Positions 28,926 through 39,533 of a DNA stretch of 64,000 nucleotides are shown in pieces. The stretch is from an uncultured virus (IMG/VR IMGVR_UViG_3300025529_000005) (Duplodnaviria; Heunggongvirae; Uroviricota; Caudoviricetes). Position numbers and translations under genes: made by a program. Below the pieces are notes generated by a model. That model was not told where the DNA came from and did not search any database. It saw only the letters and a list, made by a program, of their open reading frames with translations. The stretch lies in the IMG/VR virus record IMGVR_UViG_3300025529_000005; one strand, given 5' to 3'. Within the stretch, counting starts at the first letter, position 1; each line of letters begins with the position of its first letter.

Positions 28926-29525
28926 TTGAGAAAAATGAGTTTTTTCGCTGGACTGATTGTCGGAATAATCCTTGCATCCGGATCCGTGGCGGTTTCTGCA
29001 TCTGAAAAGATTGAAGTAGTCTTTTCTAAATTTAACTTCATCGTGAATGGGAAAGCCATCGAGCTTGAAAGTGACCCGCTTGTTTATAAAGGCGCAACTT
29101 ACCTTCCTGTACGTGTCATATCCAATTTATTGGGATACGATGTGACATACAAAGCGGATTCACGAACAATTATGTTGACTAACCAATCTTCTTCACAAAC
29201 AAAAGAACAAATCCCCATACAGGGAGGTACAGAAACTATGAGCAATCAAATCAGCGAAGATCAAGTTGAGTTCACGGTTTGGAATGAAATGACTGCGGCT
29301 ATATACAATGGTCAGATATATTTTTCATACGATGACTTTAAGAAAAAATACTACGAAATATACAAAGACATGAAATTATTCTCTGACAGGTCCGGTACTT
29401 ACTTTGTGTACAAAGAAACAAAAACCAGCATTTCTTTATCCGATCCTAATGATACTATAAGGGTAAAAGATGAAGCGTTCTTGAATATCAAATATTTTCC
29501 TCAAGTTTTGGAGCCTGCCAATTAA
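28926..29525 (+). CDS. secreted stalk (copper amine oxidase N-terminal-like) domain protein
   Basis: Signal peptide; YKGATYLPVRVISNLLGYDV; own TG-n-TATAAT and terminator. Confidence 0.8.
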   Translation: MRKMSFFAGLIVGIILASGSVAVSASEKIEVVFSKFNFIVNGKAIELESDPLVYKGATYLPVRVISNLLGYDVTYKADSRTIMLTNQSSSQTKEQIPIQGGTETMSNQISEDQVEFTVWNEMTAAIYNGQIYFSYDDFKKKYYEIYKDMKLFSDRSGTYFVYKETKTSISLSDPNDTIRVKDEAFLNIKYFPQVLEPAN

Positions 29526-29543
29526 ACGGCAGGCTCTTTATAA

Positions 29544-31604
29544 TTACGAAATTATATTCCATATCTCATCCAATTCGGCTAAAATATTTCTGTTGTTAAT
29601 TGTTACAACTGCCCCATATAGTTCGATATAGTACGAACTAAGTCCTATCCCATCAAACGATGCAATTGTTATCCAGTCATTATTGAATGTAATATTACCA
29701 GAACCGGGAAACGTGATGGACTGTGAACTTCCATAAGACCCCGTTAAATATATGTTGTTTCCCAACCTGATATCCGTCGTCACATCAATCGTACTATTCG
29801 AAATAATCTGTCCACCGACAATAGTCCCGCCGTAAATACTTGGTGCATAAATCAGTTTCCCGTCAATAAATGTTCCTCCTGAATAAGTGCCGTTGGCGAT
29901 TGCGTTAGAAATTGCAATAGCTGAATTGGCTGTATTCTGTGCGTTGATAGTTGCAGGGTCCGTGTTTACATTTGTCCAATTTATGCTTCCGCCTAACATG
30001 GTTATATTCCCAGCTATTGTGACTGCGCCGCTTGAACTAACAGCAAAAGTTGTTTGCGATCCATTAGAAACTGTGATGCCTCTGATGTCAATTTGATCCG
30101 CAATGATTTTCCCACCAGACACATCAATTTGATTGGCCCTTATGCTTTCAATCAACGCATGACTAATCTTGGCATTTCCGGCAATCAGGTTATCTGTTTT
30201 GACCTGTGCGAATTCGCCCAATACACCAACGATATAGGGAGCTGCAATCCCTTCTGCTGTAATGGCGACTCTAGCTGTCTGTCCTCCATCAGTGGTCAAG
30301 ATCGTGCCAACCGAAGAATGGATAACTTGATGTGCTGGATTCAGTTTGCTTTCAAGCACAATTCCCCGTTGGTCATACTTCACTTCTGTTTTGGAATTGT
30401 TGATGTCAATCACGGCTTGTTTTGCAAATTCTTCAAACGCACTGGCCCTTATCCTTCCACCGCTAAGCAAATCATCAACAATCCGTTTCGAGCGGTCCAG
30501 ATCGGCTATGATGTCCTCAAAATCCCGTTTCATGAAGTTGGCGAGTGTAACCGAAGCATGTTTTTCTTTTGTGTAGGGGTATTCGGTCAATTCGACGATT
30601 CTGGCCGGGATATGATTCATTTCCATATCCGGGTCAATACAGATCACTTCATCGCCCAGAAATGGTTTAGGTTCTGCTTGATCGATTTTGAACAAGTCCG
30701 CAGCAGTAACACGGATTTCGATTGCCGGAACTTCATGTTCACGCAAGGCTTTTCTGGTTGCTTCCAGCAGTTCCAATTGGTCTTCGATGTCCTGAAAAAT
30801 GACTTCGCCATCATAGAATGTGTTCGTGTTGTTAGCCCAGCTTGCGGCGTATGGCGAGATGAGATAGTTGACCGCCAACTTGCCATTCACAATAGCGCCG
30901 GGAATGGCGGATAACAAGTCGCGTTCTTCTTGTGTCAAATGGGAAGCATCCAGCCCAATGAATGTCAGACCATCCTTCATTTGCGAGAACATCCGGGTAA
31001 CAAGTGCCCGAACATCGTCCTGAAACGACGCGCTGATGATGTTCTTCTTGATCCGATATTGAAGTCCTTTGTTGCTTCCGATCTTTTTCTTGATGCGAAT
31101 CGTGAAGTTATCTGGCTCTATTTCGCACTCAAACAGTTTAATGATTTCATTGAGCGCTTCCAGACAGTTTCCCCGACCCCAATCCTTCACGTCTTTCAGT
31201 TCAAACGTATCTTCGATGGAAAAGGTGAATTTTCCGTTTGTGGCTGTTACGATACGGTCTGTGAGATAGTTAATATTGATGCCATATGCTTCTTCGACAT
31301 AGAGATCATACGGCATTTTGAAGTCGGCCAGTTTGAACATGACATGCATGCACTCGATTTTGGCCATTCGTTTCTTACCGCTTCGATCCCGAGAACGTGA
31401 GTTAATTACATAAAATTGACCGCGCTCATCCCTAACGTGACCCTTCATGCGTATCTTGTCCGTGTAGTCTTCGCTGTTCATCGGAACCATAAACGATAAT
31501 TCATAGTCCGAATTGATTCGTCGTTTTCTGGTGATTTCATCGGCGTCCACAAGAAAGCCTGTCCGAACCATGTTCTTGTCGAACACTTCCAGATACCTTG
31601 CCAC
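29544..31604 (-). CDS. tail spike / Tal-like baseplate protein
   Basis: Prophage tail endopeptidase-like N-term, beta-repeat C-term. Confidence 0.8.
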   Translation of the reverse strand: MARYLEVFDKNMVRTGFLVDADEITRKRRINSDYELSFMVPMNSEDYTDKIRMKGHVRDERGQFYVINSRSRDRSGKKRMAKIECMHVMFKLADFKMPYDLYVEEAYGININYLTDRIVTATNGKFTFSIEDTFELKDVKDWGRGNCLEALNEIIKLFECEIEPDNFTIRIKKKIGSNKGLQYRIKKNIISASFQDDVRALVTRMFSQMKDGLTFIGLDASHLTQEERDLLSAIPGAIVNGKLAVNYLISPYAASWANNTNTFYDGEVIFQDIEDQLELLEATRKALREHEVPAIEIRVTAADLFKIDQAEPKPFLGDEVICIDPDMEMNHIPARIVELTEYPYTKEKHASVTLANFMKRDFEDIIADLDRSKRIVDDLLSGGRIRASAFEEFAKQAVIDINNSKTEVKYDQRGIVLESKLNPAHQVIHSSVGTILTTDGGQTARVAITAEGIAAPYIVGVLGEFAQVKTDNLIAGNAKISHALIESIRANQIDVSGGKIIADQIDIRGITVSNGSQTTFAVSSSGAVTIAGNITMLGGSINWTNVNTDPATINAQNTANSAIAISNAIANGTYSGGTFIDGKLIYAPSIYGGTIVGGQIISNSTIDVTTDIRLGNNIYLTGSYGSSQSITFPGSGNITFNNDWITIASFDGIGLSSYYIELYGAVVTINNRNILAELDEIWNIIS

Positions 31605-31618
31605 AGTCCCACCCCCGA

Positions 31619-32140
31619 TCAGTAGAGGAATTTGTCTCGATGGGTAACACGAATGAGAATCGATCTTCCTGATTCTTCGTCTTTGTAAATTAGTTCGTTC
31701 TCTCCAAAGTTGAGATCAAAAAAGTCTCCGTCCATCTCGTGAATGACATTGACGCCGTTTTTCTTGATTGTCATACGATTGGAGTCAATCACGATTTTGT
31801 CTCCGGGATCGAAGTCACCCGTATATTCCAAATATGTGACGTGGAACCGACTAAGCGTTCCCCTCAGTTCCCCGTTTCCGTCCAATTGAACAGACATCAA
31901 TCGTTCACGAATCACGTCAACGTCCAACGTTCCTTCTCCCGAAAGTTGGACGGCAAACGCGATCTCTCGGATGTACGATGCTATGAGTTCGCCTATACCG
32001 TCAAGTTGAGAAGATAGAGCGAGTTCCAAATTGAGTGATGCTGTTAATTCGCCGTTTCCATGTAATGTAGAGTGAAGATAGATTTCAATAGAAAACGGTC
32101 GGTTATATGACATGCGGTTAAATGGGCTTCTGTTAAACAC
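31619..32140 (-). CDS. minor tail protein
   Basis: Position; GDFFDLNFGENEL. Confidence 0.7.
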   Translation of the reverse strand: MFNRSPFNRMSYNRPFSIEIYLHSTLHGNGELTASLNLELALSSQLDGIGELIASYIREIAFAVQLSGEGTLDVDVIRERLMSVQLDGNGELRGTLSRFHVTYLEYTGDFDPGDKIVIDSNRMTIKKNGVNVIHEMDGDFFDLNFGENELIYKDEESGRSILIRVTHRDKFLY

Positions 32141-32206
32141 ATCACCACCCCCACAATATAATGGCCGGGTACATAGGTTGTTGTGCCAACTTCTATTCAC
32201 CTCCCA

Positions 32207-32602
32207 TTAACTCAACGTCAGAACAAGTGAATCTTGCAAAATACGCGGACGATCTCCAGCAAGAATGGTTCTAGCGTTTTCCCAAGGCCCGTAATACAGA
32301 AGATTCCCTCCTGTAGCTGCATCCCGGATACCAACATGTGTTACGGTTCCCCAGTCTGCTGTTGCAATCGGGAACACAATCTCTGCCGTGTTCTTGATCG
32401 TTTGTTTCCCGCCTTCGATAGATGGAGCCGAGAACGTTACGGCTTGTCTTGCGTATGAACCGCCGGATACTTCCGTTCCTGTATCTGCGGCTGTCGGGTT
32501 AGACGTGTAGAGCGCAACATAAACGGTTGATGGTCTGGTAAAATTTTGATTTCTGAACACCTGATTTAACAGTGCAGTTGCTAAATAATTGGACATGTTC
32601 AT
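32207..32602 (-). CDS. minor tail protein
   Basis: YVALYTSNP...GGSYARQ...WGTVTH. Confidence 0.75.
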   Translation of the reverse strand: MNMSNYLATALLNQVFRNQNFTRPSTVYVALYTSNPTAADTGTEVSGGSYARQAVTFSAPSIEGGKQTIKNTAEIVFPIATADWGTVTHVGIRDAATGGNLLYYGPWENARTILAGDRPRILQDSLVLTLS

Positions 32603-32609
32603 TTGAGCA

Positions 32610-33164
32610 TCACCCTTCTAACAAATATTCATTTTCGATAATGAATCCCTTGATTGTGTTTGAACCTGTGTTTGTCAAGGTAATAACCGGACTTGCCGGC
32701 TCATCCCCTTCTGATTCAATCAAAATAGAATGAGGAGAAGATGTTATGGTCGTCTCAAATACCTTCTCCTCACCTTCTGGAAACGGATCGTTCATCCGAA
32801 TGGGAATAGTCACATTTCCGTCGAAGATGATCTTTTCAATGGGCATCGTTCCGGCGTATCGACCGACATAACGAAGTCCAGGACGGAAATTGAATGTGAA
32901 TACCATATCGCCTTTTTTGGCATTAAAAATAGTCGCCAGTTTGGCTACTTTTCGATGATAATCAATAACCGGATCATCGGCCATCAGAATGCATTCGATG
33001 TTGACGATTCGCGGGCCGTAATCTGAACCGAAATCCAGTTCACCGTCTCGTTCCGCGATCTCGACCGTATGATCTCTTGTTGGAGGTAAAACGGGAATGT
33101 CCGCCCGCTTGACCCCCAACCCGAGAGAAGAGAACGAAACGCCATTGACCGTCACTTCAATCAT
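32610..33164 (-). CDS. distal tail protein (Dit)
   Basis: Directly follows TMP; typical size. Confidence 0.8.
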   Translation of the reverse strand: MIEVTVNGVSFSSLGLGVKRADIPVLPPTRDHTVEIAERDGELDFGSDYGPRIVNIECILMADDPVIDYHRKVAKLATIFNAKKGDMVFTFNFRPGLRYVGRYAGTMPIEKIIFDGNVTIPIRMNDPFPEGEEKVFETTITSSPHSILIESEGDEPASPVITLTNTGSNTIKGFIIENEYLLEG

Positions 33165-36100
33165 CTTTGTTTCGCCCCCGTCCTCGTTTGAAATCTTCTG
33201 ACAAGCGAATCGCGTTCATTCCAGAACGTTTGTGCCGTCTCTGGGTCCTCAATGTTTACGTCTCCCGTCGATATGGTGTAGTAGTAGTTGTTTGTGACAT
33301 TGGGCGACATACCTGAAGCCATTGCAAATGACGGCATAGAGAAATTCAGTTTTGGAATGACGTAATCCAGAAGCTTGAAGAGATTGCTTTGTTGTGACTG
33401 GTTCAGGAACATTTCTCCGGCGTGTGCAATGACCGGAACTTCTTCGCCCATCCTGCCCTTAACAATTCCGCCATATTTAAACTTTTGTAGTTTACCAGTA
33501 TCTTGAGTGATACCGTATTTCCTGCGAAGTTCTTCATTCCTTTTGTGCAGTCTAGCCATTTCTTCCGTATCTCCACGCTTTTTCGCCGCTTCCCACAAGT
33601 CTTTATTCTGGTTATATTCTTCCAAGTCGATTTCTGCCTGCGTGCGGCTTAAATGCGTGATGGTCGCCATTTTGGCTTGATACTGTGCAATAAATTCGTC
33701 AAGTTGCCGCAAAATCTCGGCGTTCTTCTCCGATTCTTTGGCAATTTGAATCTGCTTCAGGGTTTCGGCGCGGCCTTCCACGTCATTCGTGAAATTATCG
33801 AACGCCGACAGCAGATTGTTATAGTGCGTTTCCATATCTTTAATCTGTCTGTCGAAGTCCTCCAACCGCTGACGCTTTTCTTCTTCAAGCGCTTCTTTTT
33901 GCGATTCTAGGCTGCGCCGTTGCAGTCCCCGTTGTCGTTCCTCTTGCATCCGGGCGATCTCTTTATCAAGTTCACGCCGTTCCCGAATGCCCTCCGGCCC
34001 GACAGCAGATTCAAGAAGTTTTCTCCGCGCCATTTTTTCGGCAAGTTCTGCTTCATAGTCCGCATCTTCGTTGGCTTGTTGCTGTGCCGCAAGGAGTTTG
34101 TCTATTGCCCTAATCTTTTCATCTTGGGCTTTGACAAATGCATCTCTTTCCGCTTTGATACGGTCTAATTCTGCTTCTCTTGCTTCCTGAATGACCTTTT
34201 TCTGCTTCTTGAGCAGTTCGTCAATGGCGCGTTCTTCTTCCTGGAGTAATCGTTGTTTGGCGGCATAGACTTGTTCATCTGCCTTCTTGCGAAGTTCAGT
34301 TCCTTTCAGATAGCGATTTTGAACACGTACCCATGCTTCATATTCTTCTCGCGCCGACAGTTGACCAATGGCCTTCTGATGAGCAATCCACTGTTCAGAA
34401 GCTTCAAAGGAGTCTCTAAGCTGTTGTTCTTTCGCTTCCTTGATGGCTCTGGCGTCATTCCACCATGCGATAGAATTCCGGTTGACCGCATTGGTAATGC
34501 TCTTAATCCGGCTCTCAACATCCTCAGACGCTTTGTTGTATTCGTCTGCCGTAATCTTTCCTGTTTCAAACATCCGGTTCAACTGTTCTTGTTTGGCGGC
34601 CAGCGATTCCAACGACGCCCTCAGAATGTTGTTCGCTTCGTGAAGTGCTTTCTGGTGTTGCGTGTAAAGACCGACTTTTTCATTCACCGTATCCACACTG
34701 TCAGCAAGCGAGAATTCTTTTGCCGAGAAAAGGTCGATCATGGATTGAACGTCGCTTACTAGTTGTTCCGCCATTAACTTTTGTCTGTCGATGGCGTCAA
34801 GCGGAAAATTGAATTCCCTCGGTTTTTCTTCTTTGATTCCTTTAGGCTCAACCTTAATACCCTTTGACAGCCTGTAGATGTCTTCGTCGATTCCGTAAAG
34901 ATCGGGAGCCTTCAAGTCGGAGAACTCTTTCCGAATGGCCTGCAATTTCTTTAATTGCTCGGATGCCGTCCTGTAACCCTCGGCCTCAACATTAACAAGA
35001 TGCCTGAACTCGGCCATTCTCGCCTGAAAGTCTTCCCTGCGCTGTCTGTATTCTTCTTCCAGTTCCTCCTCTGTGGGTTGGCGACCTCCGTGTTGTTTTT
35101 CTTTTTCTGTTGAAGAGGTTGTTTTCCCGTCCAGCATATCGAGGATTGCCTGACTATTCGCTATCCTTTGTTCTTCAATAGCAATTTGGTCTCGTATCTT
35201 CAGCCTTTCTTCCGCATATTTTTGCCGATAGTATTCAACATCTCTCCCCAACAACTGGTCAACCAAACTTAGGTCGCTCTTACTAATGTTGTCCTGTTTG
35301 AACTGAAGTGTACTTTGCTTCCGTTCAAGTTCTTTTAGCCTTTCTTGTGCTTCTCTAAGATTGTTTTGCTCAACAATTCGCATACTAGAAGCATATTCTT
35401 CTCTGAACTTTTCCAATTTCTCGATGTTCACGTCAATAGCGTTTCCGTGAGCATCCCATTGAGAAACAAGGTTCGGCATTAGATTGCTGATCTTTTCGAT
35501 AACAGAACTCAATTCTGCTTTTGCTTGCGTAATTTCTCTTTCAGAACGAGTATTGTCGTCCACAATTTCTTTGAGTTCTTTATATCGTTGCGCCAATTCG
35601 TAAGCGTCTCGCTCTGTTTGATTCATTGTTTCTCTAGCTTCATTGGCTTTACCGTTGAAATGGGACCACGCCAAAGTGACAGTCCCGAGAACCGTTCCCA
35701 AGATGCTCAAAGTCGCGATGATCGGATGCCTTTGTAATATCGTCAGTCCTGCATTCAAAACTCCTACTGCCCCGGATGTTGCGTAGATCGACTTTGTAAC
35801 ATTTGCAAGTTGTGTAACCATAGCAATCAATGAGGTGCCAGTGAGAAGCCTCATGCCGGTATTCAAAACTGTAATTGCCGTTCCTAGAGCGAGAATTACC
35901 ATGAGTGTATTGCGTACCGGTTCCGGGAGAGTGTTAAACCCATCTACAAGCAACCTCATTTCTCCTACAATCGCCTTGAGAACGCCCAATAATCCAGAAT
36001 CACCCATCGAAATGATAAGAGTATCCCACTCCGCCTTCAGTTGTTGTGACTGCTTCGCCAGTGTGGACATAGCAAGTTCATTTTCTCGTTGTGCCGAACC

Positions 36101-37318
36101 GAAAGATTTTTCTGCCGTCGTGGCAACTTCAAGAACCTTAGAGTAATTGTCCATCAAGGCAATAAAACGGGAGGCTTGATCGCCACGGGCAACCGCTTGC
36201 GTGATTTCATGACGTTCCGCATCCGAAAGTTGATACCATTTCTCCGCAATCCGGTCTAATAGTTCCTCAAACGGCATCATTTCGCCTGTTGCCTGTTTGA
36301 TCGTGCCAACATACTTTTCAAGTTTGTCGATGGCAATATCGCGGGAAGAAAACGAAATAAACGATTTGATCGCGTTCCCCGCTACAGAACCCGTAAATCC
36401 CGCCTGATTCAATACGGTCAGATAACCGATCAATTTTTCAATCGGTACGCCAGCGTTTTTGGCGGCTGCGCCCGTCCGATTAATACCTTCAAGCAATTTT
36501 TTGGAGTCCGTCGCGAAGTTGTTGGACACTTCGTTCAGCATATCCAATAAGCGCATCGAATCCTCTGCCGCCATACCATAGTTCAGAATTGCACCCGTCA
36601 TCAATTCTTGTGCTTGTGCGGCATCTCGGAAGGATTGCTCTACATTTGCCGCCATAAATGCGGTTCTGGCCAATGCCGCCGTTTCGCGTTCGCTGAATCC
36701 TTGTTGTCCAATGAGCGTATAAACCTCTCCGACTTCTCTTAATGCGTATCCGTACTCTTTGGCATCAGCAATCATTGACTTTTTCACAAGTTCAATGTCT
36801 GCCGTATCACCCATTACACGACGAATATTGACAAGGTTGTATTCAAAGTCTTTCAGGACTTGAATTGCTTCTCTGGCGCCTTGAACGGCATTGAAGTACA
36901 AACTTCCCGCCAAGAAATACTGTGCCGATCTACTTGCAATACTATAGTTGTTTTCTCTGCTGATTGATACCATTTGGTTGGCGTGACGTTCAGCCTCTTG
37001 CTCGATCAGTCTATTCAATCGCTTTTGCGCGATTAACTCTTTTTCGAGTTTGGAAGTCATCAGGCTTTCTTGCATAGCTGCTGGAGAGGTCTGCAATCTG
37101 CGATTCGACGCCAATATACCCGTTTCCATCGCTTTTGCAAGCGACACATAGGATTTTTCAACAGCGGCAATTTCAGTATTCAATCTTTTAAAGAAGTCAA
37201 TGTTAGACTGAATGCCTTCGTTGATGATCTTAAAAGCACTTGCCACTTTGGACGTGTCTATGTTAATCCTCGCGCCAACAACATCTTTGCTCATATCCCC
37301 AGCCATCAGGTTCACCAC
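33161..37318 (-). CDS. tail tape measure protein
   Basis: 1385 aa helical, TP901-like core, hydrophobic segment. Confidence 0.93.
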   Translation of the reverse strand: MVNLMAGDMSKDVVGARINIDTSKVASAFKIINEGIQSNIDFFKRLNTEIAAVEKSYVSLAKAMETGILASNRRLQTSPAAMQESLMTSKLEKELIAQKRLNRLIEQEAERHANQMVSISRENNYSIASRSAQYFLAGSLYFNAVQGAREAIQVLKDFEYNLVNIRRVMGDTADIELVKKSMIADAKEYGYALREVGEVYTLIGQQGFSERETAALARTAFMAANVEQSFRDAAQAQELMTGAILNYGMAAEDSMRLLDMLNEVSNNFATDSKKLLEGINRTGAAAKNAGVPIEKLIGYLTVLNQAGFTGSVAGNAIKSFISFSSRDIAIDKLEKYVGTIKQATGEMMPFEELLDRIAEKWYQLSDAERHEITQAVARGDQASRFIALMDNYSKVLEVATTAEKSFGSAQRENELAMSTLAKQSQQLKAEWDTLIISMGDSGLLGVLKAIVGEMRLLVDGFNTLPEPVRNTLMVILALGTAITVLNTGMRLLTGTSLIAMVTQLANVTKSIYATSGAVGVLNAGLTILQRHPIIATLSILGTVLGTVTLAWSHFNGKANEARETMNQTERDAYELAQRYKELKEIVDDNTRSEREITQAKAELSSVIEKISNLMPNLVSQWDAHGNAIDVNIEKLEKFREEYASSMRIVEQNNLREAQERLKELERKQSTLQFKQDNISKSDLSLVDQLLGRDVEYYRQKYAEERLKIRDQIAIEEQRIANSQAILDMLDGKTTSSTEKEKQHGGRQPTEEELEEEYRQRREDFQARMAEFRHLVNVEAEGYRTASEQLKKLQAIRKEFSDLKAPDLYGIDEDIYRLSKGIKVEPKGIKEEKPREFNFPLDAIDRQKLMAEQLVSDVQSMIDLFSAKEFSLADSVDTVNEKVGLYTQHQKALHEANNILRASLESLAAKQEQLNRMFETGKITADEYNKASEDVESRIKSITNAVNRNSIAWWNDARAIKEAKEQQLRDSFEASEQWIAHQKAIGQLSAREEYEAWVRVQNRYLKGTELRKKADEQVYAAKQRLLQEEERAIDELLKKQKKVIQEAREAELDRIKAERDAFVKAQDEKIRAIDKLLAAQQQANEDADYEAELAEKMARRKLLESAVGPEGIRERRELDKEIARMQEERQRGLQRRSLESQKEALEEEKRQRLEDFDRQIKDMETHYNNLLSAFDNFTNDVEGRAETLKQIQIAKESEKNAEILRQLDEFIAQYQAKMATITHLSRTQAEIDLEEYNQNKDLWEAAKKRGDTEEMARLHKRNEELRRKYGITQDTGKLQKFKYGGIVKGRMGEEVPVIAHAGEMFLNQSQQSNLFKLLDYVIPKLNFSMPSFAMASGMSPNVTNNYYYTISTGDVNIEDPETAQTFWNERDSLVRRFQTRTGAKQR

Positions 37319-37380
37319 CTTTTATGCAATAAAAAAAGAGACTCCGCGAGTCTCCCGTCATCCGATATTCATCTATTTTC

Positions 37381-37419
37381 AGTATAAAACCGATTAATTG
37401 CGGCTTTACTACGTATTTT
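37381..37419 (-). promoter_or_regulatory. conserved phage promoter upstream of TMP
   Basis: AAAATACGTAGTAAA-N18-TATACT. Confidence 0.6.
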
Positions 37420-37452
37420 CGTAGTCAAACAGAAAAAGACGCACTCTAACAA

Positions 37453-37764
37453 CTATCCGTTAAAGTGCGCCATGATTTCTGCGATTCCTTTCCGCGTCAA
37501 TTTCTGCGGTTCCTCGACTTCTCCGCCATGAAGCTTGATTTGTTCTTTCAACTCTTCAGCCATATCATCAAGGATTGCCACGATTTCATAATAGTTGTGA
37601 TCATACCATTCTTTTTGCAGTTTTCTTCTGGACAGGCGTCCATAGATTTCGGCAGGCGTTAAAGGCTTGCCATCCTTGCTCTTGTCCTTCTTTTCTGGCC
37701 CCTTACTAACCGAAAAGAAATCGCTCGACAGCGGATTCCAGTTGTTCCGGAATGCTGTCTTCAA
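37453..37764 (-). CDS. tail assembly chaperone extension (probably frameshift product)
   Basis: Overlaps TAC end, precedes TMP. Confidence 0.6.
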   Translation of the reverse strand: MKTAFRNNWNPLSSDFFSVSKGPEKKDKSKDGKPLTPAEIYGRLSRRKLQKEWYDHNYYEIVAILDDMAEELKEQIKLHGGEVEEPQKLTRKGIAEIMAHFNG

Positions 37765-38017
37765 ACTCCTCCCTGGTGAACCCTTCGATGGTCACCATGT
37801 TCAGGATTTCAACCCACTTGTCAATTTGTTCTTCGCGCCGTTTCTCATCGTCCAATTGGACAGCGACTTTTACCCGCAATAGACCGTCACGGTACAATTC
37901 TCCAACTTCTTTAATCTGTTTGATTGTACCAACGCGAAGTTTTTTCTTGATTTCCGGTCCGAAAGAATGTTCCGGGCCAATGCCCATAATCAGATCCATT
38001 TGCTTGTCGTCATCCAT
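37706..38017 (-). CDS. tail assembly chaperone
   Basis: Between tail tube gene and TMP. Confidence 0.7.
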   Translation of the reverse strand: MDDDKQMDLIMGIGPEHSFGPEIKKKLRVGTIKQIKEVGELYRDGLLRVKVAVQLDDEKRREEQIDKWVEILNMVTIEGFTREEFEDSIPEQLESAVERFLFG

Positions 38018-38073
38018 TTATGGTTCACCCTTTCTTGAGCAAATTGGAAAGGGAGGGAATCCCCTCCCTATCT

Positions 38074-38856
38074 TCAAACAGCGTAAATATCAATGACTTT
38101 TTCATCCGATCTACCCGGATCGAGAACAGCAAGTTCCAGCGTGTTTGCCGTTGCGGTTTTCCGTTGCTGGTCAATGGCGAACGTACCGAGCATTTGTGCC
38201 TTGTAAACGACAATCGCCACGTCAAAGTATTCATTCAGTTCGTCGTCGAAAGCACGGCCATAAGCCACAAACTTGTAAGGCTTGTTCTTCGTTGTCGTCT
38301 TGATCGACGCAACATCCGCTTGCGTTGCCGTGTACTCATAAAATACGCGAACATCCTTCCCTTTCAGGTTCGTGTCGCCGAACGTTACGACACCGGATTC
38401 AATCGTGTATTGATCTGCCGTCGGCGAAGCGGCCACACGTTCAAGGATTTTACCGGAATTCGTCAGCCCTTTGGTTGCAACGATGATTTTTTCCGATTCA
38501 GCTACCATCTCCGCCGCGTGTTTCAGCGTGATCGTGCCTGCCGTGTCAACCGTATGCTTTTCCATTGCCGGAACAACGGTCGCGCCAGTCGAAAGATCAG
38601 CACCAGTTGCCGCAACGAGTTGGTTGAAGTCCAACACTGCATTTTGAAGCGAGATAGAGGCTTCAACATCGTTTTCCGTCAGATGGAAAGCGTACTTGCC
38701 CGTACCGCCATATACACGAGTTTGCGGCAGCGGAATTTGGATGTTGATTTGTTGGAGACGTTCAAACACTCCAACGGGATCACCCGTCACCGGATCGAAC
38801 AACGCGGCGTCGGAAATGTCATCGACTACCCAGCGTTTCGTGGAAAGTTGTGCCAT
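38074..38856 (-). CDS. major tail (tube) protein
   Basis: Synteny, 260 aa, strong RBS. Confidence 0.75.
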   Translation of the reverse strand: MAQLSTKRWVVDDISDAALFDPVTGDPVGVFERLQQINIQIPLPQTRVYGGTGKYAFHLTENDVEASISLQNAVLDFNQLVAATGADLSTGATVVPAMEKHTVDTAGTITLKHAAEMVAESEKIIVATKGLTNSGKILERVAASPTADQYTIESGVVTFGDTNLKGKDVRVFYEYTATQADVASIKTTTKNKPYKFVAYGRAFDDELNEYFDVAIVVYKAQMLGTFAIDQQRKTATANTLELAVLDPGRSDEKVIDIYAV

Positions 38857-38889
38857 TGAATAAAACCTCCCTTAAAATAAAAAAGTCGC

Positions 38890-39078
38890 TTAGCCGCGTT
38901 CGGCCAAACGCTTGTCAATCTCTTTGATTCGTTTGTATTCCTTTGTTTGCTCGTAATCGGGAACAGGATTGAACGTCTCCCATATCCCAATCCTTTTTGC
39001 CAGTTCGATCTTTTCTTTGATTAAACTGTCTTTTTCATTGACTTCAGGAGTTTCATCTTTTCGCATTTTCACCGCCAA
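38890..39078 (-). CDS. hypothetical protein
   Basis: GAGGTGA RBS. Confidence 0.6.
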   Translation of the reverse strand: MAVKMRKDETPEVNEKDSLIKEKIELAKRIGIWETFNPVPDYEQTKEYKRIKEIDKRLAERG

Positions 39079-39089
39079 ATTGCATCACC

Positions 39090-39533
39090 TCAATTTGCCC
39101 TGACGTAATCGACATCATAGATGGATTCAAAACCCTTTACGCCTGTAATGCCCGTTGCAAAATCTCCGTCATAGGCCAGATACGCCGTGAAGGTTTTGAA
39201 TACGTCACTTTCAATTCTCTTGTTGTGGAACAGTTCGTATGCTCTTTCGGCCAATTGACGAGCCTGATGGGAGTTTTTCGCGTAATGGTCGATACAGAAC
39301 TTCCCTTCGTAAACAAGGTAATTCCGTCCGTACCGACCGGGTTTTGTGTATATCAGCGCAAGCGGAACATTCGACCCGGATATGGCTGAATCTGGTTCCA
39401 TACCTCGGATAATTCGTTTCGTGATCTCTGTTCCCGGAGATGATGGAGTAAGACCGAGCATGGCCATGTATGTTTCATCGCGTTTTAATGTGTTGTATAT
39501 GGCGTCAAGCAGTTTAGAGCTCATTTTTTTCAC
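39090..39533 (-). CDS. tail terminator-like protein
   Basis: Synteny. Confidence 0.6.
   Translation of the reverse strand: MKKMSSKLLDAIYNTLKRDETYMAMLGLTPSSPGTEITKRIIRGMEPDSAISGSNVPLALIYTKPGRYGRNYLVYEGKFCIDHYAKNSHQARQLAERAYELFHNKRIESDVFKTFTAYLAYDGDFATGITGVKGFESIYDVDYVRAN

Noticed and set aside
27450..31604. Diversity-generating retroelement or invertible tail cassette
   Set aside because: No reverse transcriptase, invertase or template/variable repeat pair seen
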